Source: an uncultured Candidatus Pelagibacter sp. (GTDB taxonomy: Bacteria > Pseudomonadota > Alphaproteobacteria > Paracaedibacterales > CAIOTO01). Taken from it: a stretch of 64,000 nucleotides of DNA. Below, piece after piece: positions 39,950 through 49,446 of the stretch. The notes beneath the pieces are model-generated. The model worked only from the letters and a program-made list of their open reading frames with translations, was not told the origin of the DNA and searched no databases. Every line of letters starts with the position of its first letter. Within the stretch, counting starts at the first letter, position 1. Made by a program: the position numbers and the translations under genes. Location: assembly GCA_964415115.1 (NCBI GenBank), contig CAYPYB010000005.1:53827-117826 (forward strand), written 5' to 3'.

Positions 39950-41764
39950 TTATTGAAGAAGTTTTCGCTCAATATCTTTATAAGATATTATTCCACTCCA
40001 GGATGAAGTCTTACCTGTAGAACCGTTGTAATACACCAAAAATGGTATACTATTGCTATCATGCTGGTTTAAAAATTTCGTAACATTGGGGTCGTGTCTT
40101 GACCAATCGGCTTCGACATATTGAATATTCTTTTTTTGAAGAAGCTCTTTAAATTGTTGAGAGTATAATACAAATTTTTTGTTCCACTGACATGTTATAC
40201 ACCAATCTGCTGTTACGTTAATTAAATATGATTTTTTTTCTTTTTTTAATTCATCGATAACGCTCGATTCATATTTCTGAACTTCGTGTCTTATTTGTTC
40301 CTGAACATTATTCACTTTTAAATTTTCTATTGTATAAATTGAATAAATCACAACAGTTGTAATAAGACCCCATCCCGCTAATGAAGAAAAGCGTCTAACT
40401 TTATCCGATCGATTGAGTGCCCCCAATTCTCCGATCCAAAAAAGAATACAAGACACAGACCAAAAAATGGTGAATGTGTGAAATAAAAATTGCGGATGTG
40501 CACGCAATAAAATCCACAACAACCAAAGACTGCTTCCTAAAACAGCAAAACCCATAGTTTTCTTAAGTTGCTCCATCCACTGCCCTGGTTTAGGTATAAG
40601 CATCAAAAAACGTGGATATAAAATAAATCCAGTAAAAGGAAAAGTTAAGCCCAATGCTAACGCCACATAAATAAGCAACGAAACCATCAAAGGAAGGCTA
40701 AGAGTTGCGCCCAAAGCTGCACCCATAAAAGGTGCTGTACATGGAGTTGCAACTAAGCATAATAAAACACCATTATAAAAATTTTTTACATATTCCTGAC
40801 GGGGAGAAGTATAAGAATCTCTGCTATTTTCTTTCACCATTCGTGAAGATAAAGCGAGGCCTATTTCAAATACGCCAAAAAAATTTAAACTCATAATAAA
40901 AAAGATAATGCTTAGAAAAAAAACAAATCCAGGCGATTGCAATTGAAAACCCCAACCAACCCAATACCCCAATGCATTGAGAGAATATTGCAAAATACCT
41001 AAACTTAAAAAGGAAAAGATAACCCCAGATATGAAACAGAGACACGTTGTTTTGACCTGACGTAAATGAGTAGAATCTTTTAAATTCTGAGACAAACGCA
41101 TTAAATCAAAAATTTTAAAGGATAAAACAGGAAATACACACGGCATTGCATTCAGCAATAAACCACCCAAAAAAGCAGATAATACAAGGAAAATGATTTC
41201 TTTCATAGAATGCTTTGTGGTGCCTAAAATAGATGTTTCAATATTTTTATCAAATTTCAAAATATTTATTTTTTTCAAATTTAGTATATCAAATTCAATT
41301 TCCTTTTCAACGACCTTACAAAAATCTTTGCACAAAGGAACAGAAACTTTAAATTTCAATACATTTTCATCTTTCAGATTTTTTTGTGTGTTGATTTCAA
41401 TTTCATAAATAGTCTGAAATTCAGAGCTATATCCTCTGTACACATAACCGTGTTTATTGATAGTTTCAGAAGGTGAGCATTCCGTTTTTATGATTTTCAA
41501 ACCAACAGGTAAAACCCATTTCAAGTCAATAGGTTTAGGTATAAAACCTTCATCTTCAATTTTGATTTGATCAAAAGATGCTATAGACCATCCAGGAGAC
41601 ATGTTCCATTTGATGACGACTCGTTTATGACCAACTGGAAGTGATTGAGCTTCATCAAGACCAATTTCAATTTTTACATCAGAGTCCAGTGAAAATTGCA
41701 AAGCACAGATTTCAACATTTTCAATAATATACATGTATAAAAAGGATAGAATAAATTTAAACAT
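39950..41764 (-). CDS. dsbD: thiol:disulfide interchange protein DsbD
   Basis: 604 aa. It has an N-terminal periplasmic domain, a TM core with AMPCVFPVL and ATPCTAPF, and a C-terminal thioredoxin fold with WCITCQ. Confidence 0.88.
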   Translation of the reverse strand: MFKFILSFLYMYIIENVEICALQFSLDSDVKIEIGLDEAQSLPVGHKRVVIKWNMSPGWSIASFDQIKIEDEGFIPKPIDLKWVLPVGLKIIKTECSPSETINKHGYVYRGYSSEFQTIYEIEINTQKNLKDENVLKFKVSVPLCKDFCKVVEKEIEFDILNLKKINILKFDKNIETSILGTTKHSMKEIIFLVLSAFLGGLLLNAMPCVFPVLSFKIFDLMRLSQNLKDSTHLRQVKTTCLCFISGVIFSFLSLGILQYSLNALGYWVGWGFQLQSPGFVFFLSIIFFIMSLNFFGVFEIGLALSSRMVKENSRDSYTSPRQEYVKNFYNGVLLCLVATPCTAPFMGAALGATLSLPLMVSLLIYVALALGLTFPFTGFILYPRFLMLIPKPGQWMEQLKKTMGFAVLGSSLWLLWILLRAHPQFLFHTFTIFWSVSCILFWIGELGALNRSDKVRRFSSLAGWGLITTVVIYSIYTIENLKVNNVQEQIRHEVQKYESSVIDELKKEKKSYLINVTADWCITCQWNKKFVLYSQQFKELLQKKNIQYVEADWSRHDPNVTKFLNQHDSNSIPFLVYYNGSTGKTSSWSGIISYKDIERKLLQ

Positions 41765-41944
41765 ATTTTAATATATCCTTCTCAATTTGTTATTTATTCA
41801 TTCAAATATTTTTTATTTAGATAATTGAATTTTAATATTAGATCAAAGATTTTTGTTATTCATTTCATAATAATTAAATTTATTTTCTGCTTCAACAAAC
41901 TTATTCCCGACATAAACATCAATATTTTGATCTTTATCACCGAT

Positions 41945-42325
41945 CTAAAATTTTTCAGCACTAAATTGTTCAAAATCTTGTTTTATTGATTTCTGAACAT
42001 TATCGTTATAATAATTATGATCAGAATTACCCAATACAAAATAAATTGGCTTTGATATTTTTTTTTCAATAACAGGCAATATTTCTAAGATATCATCATT
42101 TGCAATATCCCTTGTGATAAAAATATTTGAATATTTGCTTGAAGATGCTACTTCAATAAAATGATTGATTGACTTGTCTCTTAAGATAAAATGCGTGTCA
42201 GTGACCCATAAAATTTTCTGTGTATCTTCTGATTCTTTGAAAAATAAACGAATATTTGGATAAACAATAAATATAATGAAACATGTTAATATCATTAATA
42301 GAAAGATTGATAGTTTTTTACTCAT
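41945..42325 (-). pseudogene. truncated metallophosphoesterase (N-terminal half only)
   Basis: 126 aa with a TM helix, motif I (VTDTHF), a degenerate motif II (ITRDIANDD) and motif III (LGNSDH). No C-terminal His motifs are present. Reading through the TAG adds only 33 codons before the next stop. Confidence 0.5.
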
Positions 42326-42331
42326 AAATCG

Positions 42332-42952
42332 TCACTTATTCTTTTCATTTAATATCTTTTTTATCTCATCGATTATCAATATCAATGACTTAAAAGAACG
42401 ATTGATAAAAGGTCTAATTTTTTTAAGCATTCTATCTGTTAGATAGTACCCTTGTCTTTTTAAAATACTCTTAATAATTAAAAGCATAGCTTCATCATCA
42501 GGGGGCTCTATGTTGAAATGCTGTAATGTAGAGATTCTTGAATCAAGGTCTTTAAGCTCCTTCCATTCCATGGGATAATACGATGAAAATAACAGTAATT
42601 TTCCATCATAAGATATGACGTGATTATAGAGGTTAAATAACCAAGTCGCTGGCATTTTATGGGCATCGTCAATCAAAATAATGTGGTCTTTAAAATCGAA
42701 TGGGCTTTGTTTATGATGGATATTACCATCATAAACTTTTATATCATTGGATAAAGAAGATGTAATCAAGGCAAGATGGGACTTACCAGCCCCCTTCTCT
42801 GCTACAAGCAAGCATCCATTAACATTAAGATCCTCTTTCCAGTAAGAAATATTAAATAACCATTCAAAAGCTGCGTGGTTATGCGGACTAATAACATAAT
42901 TTTCTAAACTGTATTGAGGATCTGTATTAAAATTAAATTTTTTTTGTTTCAT
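42332..42952 (-). CDS. hdaA: DnaA-related regulatory protein HdaA
   Basis: 206 aa with FNF..L..YVISPHNHAAFEWL, an AAA+ Walker A (AEKGAGKSHLA), a Walker B (ILIDDAH) and DLDSRI and PPDDEAM blocks. Confidence 0.8.
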   Translation of the reverse strand: MKQKKFNFNTDPQYSLENYVISPHNHAAFEWLFNISYWKEDLNVNGCLLVAEKGAGKSHLALITSSLSNDIKVYDGNIHHKQSPFDFKDHIILIDDAHKMPATWLFNLYNHVISYDGKLLLFSSYYPMEWKELKDLDSRISTLQHFNIEPPDDEAMLLIIKSILKRQGYYLTDRMLKKIRPFINRSFKSLILIIDEIKKILNEKNK

Positions 42953-42970
42953 CAGCCAGTAATATACAGA

Positions 42971-43552
42971 TTACACAAAGGAACAAACTTCATCAAAACT
43001 AAAGCGTGGCAAACGATCATGTAGTTTTTCAGCATTCCCATAACCCAAATTACACATGAAATTAATAACGTAATCACTATCTTTAAAAAATGTTTCGTTC
43101 ACTTGGTCTTCGATGTATCCAGACATTGGTCCACAATCCAAACCATATGCTCGCGCAACTGTCATGAAATAGGCTGCTTGTAAACTTGAATTTCGTAGTC
43201 CATGAACAAAGGTATCTTTTTCACATTGTGTGAACCATGGTTTTGCATCAACAGGTGGAAACAAAAAATCTAATTTTTCGTAATATTTCATATCTGTTGC
43301 AAACAATGCTGTAACAGGTGCTGTCATGGTTTTTTCAACATTACCTTCATACAGACAAGATTTCAGCTTTTCTTTTTGTTCTGCAGATTTGACAAATATA
43401 ATGCGTAAAGGTGAGCAATTAGCGCTAGTAGGTCCGCATTTCATTTTATCATAAATGGTCTTTAACAGTAGATCGTCAACTGATTTTTCTTTCCAAAAGG
43501 AAAAACTCCTACCGTCTTCAAAAACTTCACATACATTTTTTAACATTTTCAC
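42971..43552 (-). CDS. nitroreductase-family protein, RutE-like (malonic semialdehyde reductase type)
   Basis: KCGPTSANCSPLRIIFVKSAEQKEKL, TAPVTALFA, RNSSLQAAY, LGLDCGPMSG and RLPRFSFDEVC closely parallel E. coli RutE as I recall it. Confidence 0.82.
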   Translation of the reverse strand: MKMLKNVCEVFEDGRSFSFWKEKSVDDLLLKTIYDKMKCGPTSANCSPLRIIFVKSAEQKEKLKSCLYEGNVEKTMTAPVTALFATDMKYYEKLDFLFPPVDAKPWFTQCEKDTFVHGLRNSSLQAAYFMTVARAYGLDCGPMSGYIEDQVNETFFKDSDYVINFMCNLGYGNAEKLHDRLPRFSFDEVCSFV

Positions 43553-43756
43553 ACCTTATAAAACACAAACCTTTATTTAGATCATAAACTTAAATGACAG
43601 CTAATATCAACACCCATTCAAAGTGACAACTGAAAGTTTAAAAAAATTGGAGGAGACATAGCAAAAAAAATAATTATTGACAATGCTTACACATTAATTG
43701 AAATAAAACTTTCAAATGAAAAACGGTGTCCATCGACGTATTGAAAGAATTATCAT

Positions 43757-43789
43757 AAAAAAAGAGGGGATAAAATCCCCTCTTTTTTT
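43757..43789 (-). terminator. strong intrinsic terminator (symmetrical, A-run / 8-bp GC-rich stem / T-run)
   Basis: AAAAAAAGAGGGGA-TAAAA-TCCCCTCTTTTTTT. It lies 10 nt downstream of the 38-codon ORF stop on the minus strand. It is the most GC-rich hairpin I found in the window. Confidence 0.85.
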
Positions 43790-43799
43790 ACTTTAGAAT

Positions 43800-43916
43800 T
43801 TATCTATTTCCTTTTCCAAGTTTTACAGCATGGACTTGATCGATTATCACATCCAACAATGTCATGGCTCCGCCTAAAACTAGTGCGGCTACAAAGAATT
43901 TATTTACTTTGTTCAT
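43800..43916 (-). CDS. small hydrophobic peptide (38 aa), translationally coupled to the Nudix gene
   Basis: This ORF is not in the supplied track because it is under 60 aa. Its ATG overlaps the Nudix TGA (CAATGAAC). The product is MNKVNKFFVAALVLGGAMTLLDVIIDQVHAVKLGKGNR: a basic N-terminus followed by one hydrophobic helix. It is followed directly by the terminator. Confidence 0.5.
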   Translation of the reverse strand: MNKVNKFFVAALVLGGAMTLLDVIIDQVHAVKLGKGNR

Positions 43917-45151
43917 TGATTTGATCTTTGATTCATCGTCCTCATGAGAAAGTTACTGATCTTTGAAGAATCATTCAAATATCTATTCTTTGCAAAATCA
44001 TTCAAATATCCACCAGACGTGCTTCTTTGCATGACCGGAGGTGTTGAAATAGAACCTTTAAAGTTATTGGGTAAATTCGGACCAAGATTAGAGACTTTAT
44101 TTTTTTTTGCTGCAGACGTAGACATTGTTGAATGAGTAGATACGACTGAAGTATTTGCTGTAACATCGTTTCTCTTTGGAATTTTATTTACAGCAATTAA
44201 TCTCTTACGTTCTGATGAATCATATGGGGAACCAATTTCTCCTTCATAATCAATAATCCCTTTATACAAAGGTGAAATTTCTTTTCCAAAATATATGCCA
44301 TTTAAATTATCAGCTGAAACCCACACATAATTGTGCACTTCTTTTCCATCTACATTAATGACCGTATCATAAGGAATAAAGGTGAAAAATGTTGCATCAA
44401 CATGGTTTTGTTTTCCATTACCTAAACCTGTACTATTTCTAAGATGGCACAGTTTTATATTTTTCACTTCTAAATGTAGTCCTGTTTCTTCTCGAACTTC
44501 TCTTACTACGGCATCTTGCACTAATTCTCCAGGATCAACATGACCAGCAGGGATTGTTAAATGCATTTTTTCTGGCTCGTCAATGAAAAGAACTTCATAC
44601 ACTGGGTTATCTGGTGGTAACCGCATAATCAAAATACTTCCTGTAAGAAAGGCAGTATCTAAAGAAGGAATACCTCTACCATTATCAAAAAGATATGTCA
44701 TTTCACAAGTTTCACGATTCCATTCATAGGGTTCAAAATCTTTTGATAACACAGAAGATATTATATTTTTATGAACGTCTGGAAAATGGACGTAACAACC
44801 ATGTCTTATCCATGTACTCTTCAATATATCTACAATTTCAAGAATATCGTTTTTCAACGACATCAATGTATTCTCATTGGAAGACAAAATTTCATCTGAT
44901 AAACGTATTCTTATATTATGATAAGGATCATCAAACCAGCAAGAAGATACGGTAAGTTCTGCATTTCCTTCAACCAAATGTGTGCATGAAGATAATGTGT
45001 CCCTTACCACCAAAGGCATGGTAGATTCTGCCATTTCAATTGTGGTTGCATTAAAGTTAGAAGGTAATTCTTCCCTTTCAATTGTGGTTGTTGCATTCAT
45101 AGCGTTGGAAACGGATGCTATACACTGCATTAAACATAGCCATTTTTTCAT
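43913..45151 (-). CDS. extended Nudix hydrolase-domain protein with a signal-like N-terminus
   Basis: Perfect Nudix box GHVDPGELVQDAVVREVREETGL (nt 44477-44545). The N-terminus is MKKWLCLMQCIASVSNA. The N-terminal region is ~170 aa of unknown function, and the C-terminal tail is ~100 aa rich in S/N/T/K. Confidence 0.8.
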   Translation of the reverse strand: MKKWLCLMQCIASVSNAMNATTTIEREELPSNFNATTIEMAESTMPLVVRDTLSSCTHLVEGNAELTVSSCWFDDPYHNIRIRLSDEILSSNENTLMSLKNDILEIVDILKSTWIRHGCYVHFPDVHKNIISSVLSKDFEPYEWNRETCEMTYLFDNGRGIPSLDTAFLTGSILIMRLPPDNPVYEVLFIDEPEKMHLTIPAGHVDPGELVQDAVVREVREETGLHLEVKNIKLCHLRNSTGLGNGKQNHVDATFFTFIPYDTVINVDGKEVHNYVWVSADNLNGIYFGKEISPLYKGIIDYEGEIGSPYDSSERKRLIAVNKIPKRNDVTANTSVVSTHSTMSTSAAKKNKVSNLGPNLPNNFKGSISTPPVMQRSTSGGYLNDFAKNRYLNDSSKISNFLMRTMNQRSNQ

Positions 45152-45310
45152 TACAATTTCTTTTAAAAAGTGTCAACAAAAAAATTATGAACTATAAAAA
45201 TAATTTCAACAAGTTCACATCAACTATTTTGTAAAAAAATATTAAAATTTAACTAAAATTATATCTTTTCATACTCAAAATTTCATTAATGTTACTATTT
45301 TTAAAATAAA

Positions 45311-46462
45311 TTAAGACAATAATGCTACGCCATTTTCTGGAAACCATTCCAAAAGTACTTTGTCGCCCCATGTTATATCACGGTCGATAAACCTTTTTTT
45401 ATTAGTTACATTGGCTTGAATAATTTTAGCATTAGGTAATTCGATATGATAAACGGACATATCTCCTAAATAAGCAATTTCTTTAACCAACCCAATGGCT
45501 GAATTAAATTCCTGGTGTGATTTTATTTTTTGATCTTCATCCCGATATAATGATAATTTTATTTTTTCAGGACGAATGGCAATTGTTACACGAGAACCAA
45601 CAGGAAGACTATTGATGTGAGAAACCCTCATTTCATTTTGTAAATCACCAGTTTGAACTGTAATATAATCTTCACATTGTTGCACCATAATACCTTCAAA
45701 GATATTCATGGATCCAATAAACTGTGCTACGTATTTTGAATTTGGAAATTCATACACATCATGCGGAACACCAATTTGTGAAACACGGCCACTTTCCATA
45801 ATAGCCATACGCGTCGACATGGTCATGGCTTCTTCTTGATCGTGGGTTACCATTACAAATGTAATTCCAACTTTTTCTTGAATGTTAACCAATTCAAATT
45901 GTGTTTGTTCCCTCAAATTTTTATCTAAGGCTGCCATGGGTTCATCAAGAAGAATTAGTTTTGGTTTTTTAACAAGACTACGGGCCAATGCAACTCTTTG
46001 TTTTTGTCCACCTGATAAATCCTGTGGTTTCCTATCTGCAAGTTTTTGCATTTGAACAAGTTCTAACATATCAAAAACACGTTCTCTGATTTGATTTTTA
46101 AGAACTTTGTCTTGTTTTAATCCAAATGCTATATTGTCAAAAACGCTCATATGAGGGAAAAGAGCATATGACTGAAACATCATATTTACAGGCCTTTTAT
46201 GGGGTGGTATGTTTGAAATATCAACACCATCTATTTTAATAGAACCCGATGATAACGGTTCGAATCCTGCTAAGGCACGGAGCAACGTACTTTTCCCACA
46301 TCCTGATGCGCCAAGGATAGAAAAAAATTCTCCTTTGTATATGGATAGAGATAAGTTAGATAAAACGCGATTATAGGCATATTGTACATTAACGTTATCA
46401 AGTGATACATAAGGTTTAGCATTGGGGTCAGTCCACGGGTCTTTTAAAATCGTTGTTGTCAT
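45311..46462 (-). CDS. potA: spermidine/putrescine ABC transporter ATP-binding protein
   Basis: GASGCGKST Walker A, LSGGQKQRVALAR signature, LLDEP Walker B and a C-terminal TOBE-like domain. Confidence 0.9.
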   Translation of the reverse strand: MTTTILKDPWTDPNAKPYVSLDNVNVQYAYNRVLSNLSLSIYKGEFFSILGASGCGKSTLLRALAGFEPLSSGSIKIDGVDISNIPPHKRPVNMMFQSYALFPHMSVFDNIAFGLKQDKVLKNQIRERVFDMLELVQMQKLADRKPQDLSGGQKQRVALARSLVKKPKLILLDEPMAALDKNLREQTQFELVNIQEKVGITFVMVTHDQEEAMTMSTRMAIMESGRVSQIGVPHDVYEFPNSKYVAQFIGSMNIFEGIMVQQCEDYITVQTGDLQNEMRVSHINSLPVGSRVTIAIRPEKIKLSLYRDEDQKIKSHQEFNSAIGLVKEIAYLGDMSVYHIELPNAKIIQANVTNKKRFIDRDITWGDKVLLEWFPENGVALLS

Positions 46463-47631
46463 TAGTCAATGCTCCTTTTATTCAATCGAAATGCAATCCA
46501 ATACTTATTACGCAACTTTTCAAAATAAGAATTCAAATCGGAGTTTTCAGAATAGATGATAAAATTTTTTCTCATCATCTCATCTGACGGGTATATGGCA
46601 GGATCATTTAGAATATCTGCATCAAGAAATTGATGAGAATCTTTCACAATAGTTGGAATACCTGTTGCGTTGGTAATACGTGCGGCAATTTTAGGTTGAA
46701 GTAAAAAATTAATAAATGCATGTGCATTTTTAGCATGAGGTGCAGCTTGAGGAATGGCTATGCAATCAATCCACAAAGCTGTTCCTTCTTTTGGAATAAC
46801 ATATTTAATATCAGTGTTGATTTCACGCAGTTCTTGCCTATGGGCATGAACTTCTCCAGACCACGCTTGCGATACACATAAGTCTTCCATGATTAAATCA
46901 TTCATAAAACGACCCGATGTGAAACGTCGAAAATAAGGCCTGATTGACATGAGATGTTGAAACGCTTCTTTAAAAACTACATCTGACTCTGCGTTAGGGT
47001 TCTTTTGAAGGTAAAGTTGTATATGTGGAAAGACATCAATCGATTCTATAAGTAGGCCTACTCCACATTTTTTTAATTTTTTTAATTTTTCAGCGTCAAA
47101 GAGGAATGCATAACTATCCACTTTTTCATTAGGAAAGATAGCATCTAATTTTTTCTTATTATAAGCTATGCCTAATGTGCCCCAATAGTAAGGAATGACA
47201 TAATCCATATTGGCATCAACTTTTTCCATTTTTTCCAATATGGTTTGATCAAAATTTTTAAGCCCTGGAAGAAGTTTTTTATCAAGTTTTTGATACAACA
47301 TCATCTTTATCTGGCGCAATGCATAAGGAGTTGCTGTTGGAAAAACAACATCATATCCAGGTTTCGTTGCTAAAAGTTTAGCTTCTAAAACATCGTTGCT
47401 ATCAAAAACATCGTATCTAACTTTAATGCCTGTTTCTTTTTCAAAATCTTTAAAGATATCCACAGAAAGCATTCCATACCAATCACAGATATTCACAACT
47501 TTTTCTTCGTCATAAATCTCTGACGGATTCACAGAAATATTTTCTTTGTTTTTACAACCTATAATAAAGATTAGTAAAATCAGAGAAAAGTATTGCCCTA
47601 TTATACGCGTAAAGCAGGATTTAATGTGCAT
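46462..47631 (-). CDS. potD: polyamine ABC transporter substrate-binding lipoprotein (PotD/PotF family)
   Basis: Lipobox IIGC at the end of the signal sequence. FEKETGIKVRYDVFDSNDVLEAKL and GYDVVFPT are present. The stop and start are adjacent to potA. Confidence 0.85.
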   Translation of the reverse strand: MHIKSCFTRIIGQYFSLILLIFIIGCKNKENISVNPSEIYDEEKVVNICDWYGMLSVDIFKDFEKETGIKVRYDVFDSNDVLEAKLLATKPGYDVVFPTATPYALRQIKMMLYQKLDKKLLPGLKNFDQTILEKMEKVDANMDYVIPYYWGTLGIAYNKKKLDAIFPNEKVDSYAFLFDAEKLKKLKKCGVGLLIESIDVFPHIQLYLQKNPNAESDVVFKEAFQHLMSIRPYFRRFTSGRFMNDLIMEDLCVSQAWSGEVHAHRQELREINTDIKYVIPKEGTALWIDCIAIPQAAPHAKNAHAFINFLLQPKIAARITNATGIPTIVKDSHQFLDADILNDPAIYPSDEMMRKNFIIYSENSDLNSYFEKLRNKYWIAFRLNKRSID

Positions 47632-48817
47632 AGCTCCATTTTTTTTCTACTTGGTCTAGAGTTTGGTTTTGCAAACCGTCTCTTATTTCTTCCATCAATT
47701 TATTCATAAAATAAATATTGTGAATTGAAATGGCTATTAAAGCGTTCATTTCTTTAGCTTTGAGAAGGTGATGAATGTAGCCTTTTGAAAAAGTTTGGCA
47801 TGTTTCACAACCACAATCTTTTTCAATGGGTGTGTCATCGTTTAGATACTGAGCGTTAAATAAATTAATATGTTCACGGGATGTCGGATGTGGATTATTT
47901 TCTGGTTTAACCAAAGCACCACCATGTCGTGCAACGCGTGTAGGATGGACACAGTCAAAAGTATCAATGCCGCATTTAACACCATTAAAGATATCCTTAA
48001 TTCCACCAATACCTAAAAGGTGAATCGGACGGTTAGGGTCTAATCTTTCAGATGTAAAATGAACAATATCATACATCTGAGACTGAGAAGCACCCAAGGA
48101 ACCACCAATTGCATGACCAAAAAAGGGCTGTGAATTCACAAAGTCCGTACTTTCAATGCGTAAATCTTGAAAAATTCCACCTTGTATAATTCCATAGAGT
48201 CGTTGATTACCATGCACATTTAAGCTGTTAAATTTATTTAAACTGCGAACGGCCCAACGATGGCTCATGTGCATGGAACGTTCTGTATAGGATTTATGCA
48301 CATTAAAAGGTGTGCATTCATCAAGAACTACAATAAAATCAGCACCTAATTTTTTCTGAATGGTTATGGATTCTTCAGGTGTTAAATGCCATTTCTTTCC
48401 ATCAATATAGGATCTAAAAGTGGCACCGTCCTCAGTAATTTTTAAAAGGCTTTTTTGAAGTTTTGATTGTCTTTTACCTTTAATTTCATTAGCAACCGAA
48501 CCGTGACCTAAACTAAAAATCTGGAATCCTCCAGAGTCCGTTAGCATAGGCCCTCTCCAACCAGTAAATTTTTGAAGTCCACCATGATGAGCAACAGCAT
48601 CAGCACCTGGCTGTAACATTAAATGATAGGTGTTGGACAAAATAAATTGGGTTCCAGCATCTCTCAGTTGTTTAGGGGTTACCCCCTTCACAGCAGCTTT
48701 AGTGCCACAAAAAATAAAAGCTGGCGTTTTCACTACGCCATGTGGGGTCACCAAAGTTCCAAGCCTAGAGCGTTGTGGTTGTGTTGATTGGTAAGTAAAG
48801 GAAAAATCAAAAGACAT
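47621..48817 (-). CDS. tgt: queuine tRNA-ribosyltransferase
   Basis: TPAFIFCGTKAAVKG, LTDSGGFQ, a GLAIGG-type block (HAIGGSLG) and the zinc site CGCETC ... H. Confidence 0.93.
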   Translation of the reverse strand: MSFDFSFTYQSTQPQRSRLGTLVTPHGVVKTPAFIFCGTKAAVKGVTPKQLRDAGTQFILSNTYHLMLQPGADAVAHHGGLQKFTGWRGPMLTDSGGFQIFSLGHGSVANEIKGKRQSKLQKSLLKITEDGATFRSYIDGKKWHLTPEESITIQKKLGADFIVVLDECTPFNVHKSYTERSMHMSHRWAVRSLNKFNSLNVHGNQRLYGIIQGGIFQDLRIESTDFVNSQPFFGHAIGGSLGASQSQMYDIVHFTSERLDPNRPIHLLGIGGIKDIFNGVKCGIDTFDCVHPTRVARHGGALVKPENNPHPTSREHINLFNAQYLNDDTPIEKDCGCETCQTFSKGYIHHLLKAKEMNALIAISIHNIYFMNKLMEEIRDGLQNQTLDQVEKKWSYAH

Positions 48818-49176
48818 TAGGCAGATACTTCAGAACTATGAACAACACCAACCTCTGTCAGTAGTTTTTGCAACTCACCCGATTGAAACATTTCTTTAAC
48901 GATATCACATCCACCTATAAATTCACCCTTAACATAAAGTTGAGGTATGGTGGGCCAATTCGTAAAATCTTTTATTCCTTGACGAAGTTCCGGATCTGCC
49001 AAAATATCGATGCTTTTAAAGGCAACGTTAAGATGTTTTAAAATTTGGGCAACAACAGATGAAAAACCACATTGTGGCATCTGCGCTGTTCCTTTCATAT
49101 AAAGAACAACATCGTTATCTGTGATGTCTTTTTTTATAATTTCAAAAATTTTTGATTCTTCACTCATTAAATGCAC
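48817..49176 (-). CDS. grxD: monothiol glutaredoxin (Grx4 type)
   Basis: VVLYMKGTAQMPQCGFS active site, WPTIPQLYV and GGCDI. Confidence 0.93.
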   Translation of the reverse strand: MHLMSEESKIFEIIKKDITDNDVVLYMKGTAQMPQCGFSSVVAQILKHLNVAFKSIDILADPELRQGIKDFTNWPTIPQLYVKGEFIGGCDIVKEMFQSGELQKLLTEVGVVHSSEVSA

Positions 49177-49209
49177 CTTAATTATTATTTTTATAATTTG
49201 AACTTTATT

Positions 49210-49446
49210 TTAAATATCCACAGCTTTTGTTTCAATCGACATCGCGTGAATATCATTACATAACTGTAAACCCAGAGCATCGTATACCATTTTATGCTGT
49301 TGAATAAGTCTTTTATTTTGAAATAAGGACGAATGAACGATTAATTTAAAATGATTTTGATCACCCACTGTGTCTATCACTGAAATAGTGGCATCTACAA
49401 AAACAGAATGCAGTTTATCATATATTATCCGCTCTAGCTTGGTCAT
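49210..49446 (-). CDS. bolA: BolA-family protein
   Basis: HF.L.V.S..F ... RLIQQHKMVY ... IHAMSIET pattern. I prefer the ATG at 49446 (MTKLERI) over the tracked start at 49473. Confidence 0.8.
   Translation of the reverse strand: MTKLERIIYDKLHSVFVDATISVIDTVGDQNHFKLIVHSSLFQNKRLIQQHKMVYDALGLQLCNDIHAMSIETKAVDI

Noticed and set aside
43716-43796. 26-codon plus-strand ORF (MKNGVHRRIERIIIKKEGIKSPLFLL)
   Set aside because: It has no Shine-Dalgarno sequence, and it reads directly through the terminator hairpin, whose stem supplies its codons.
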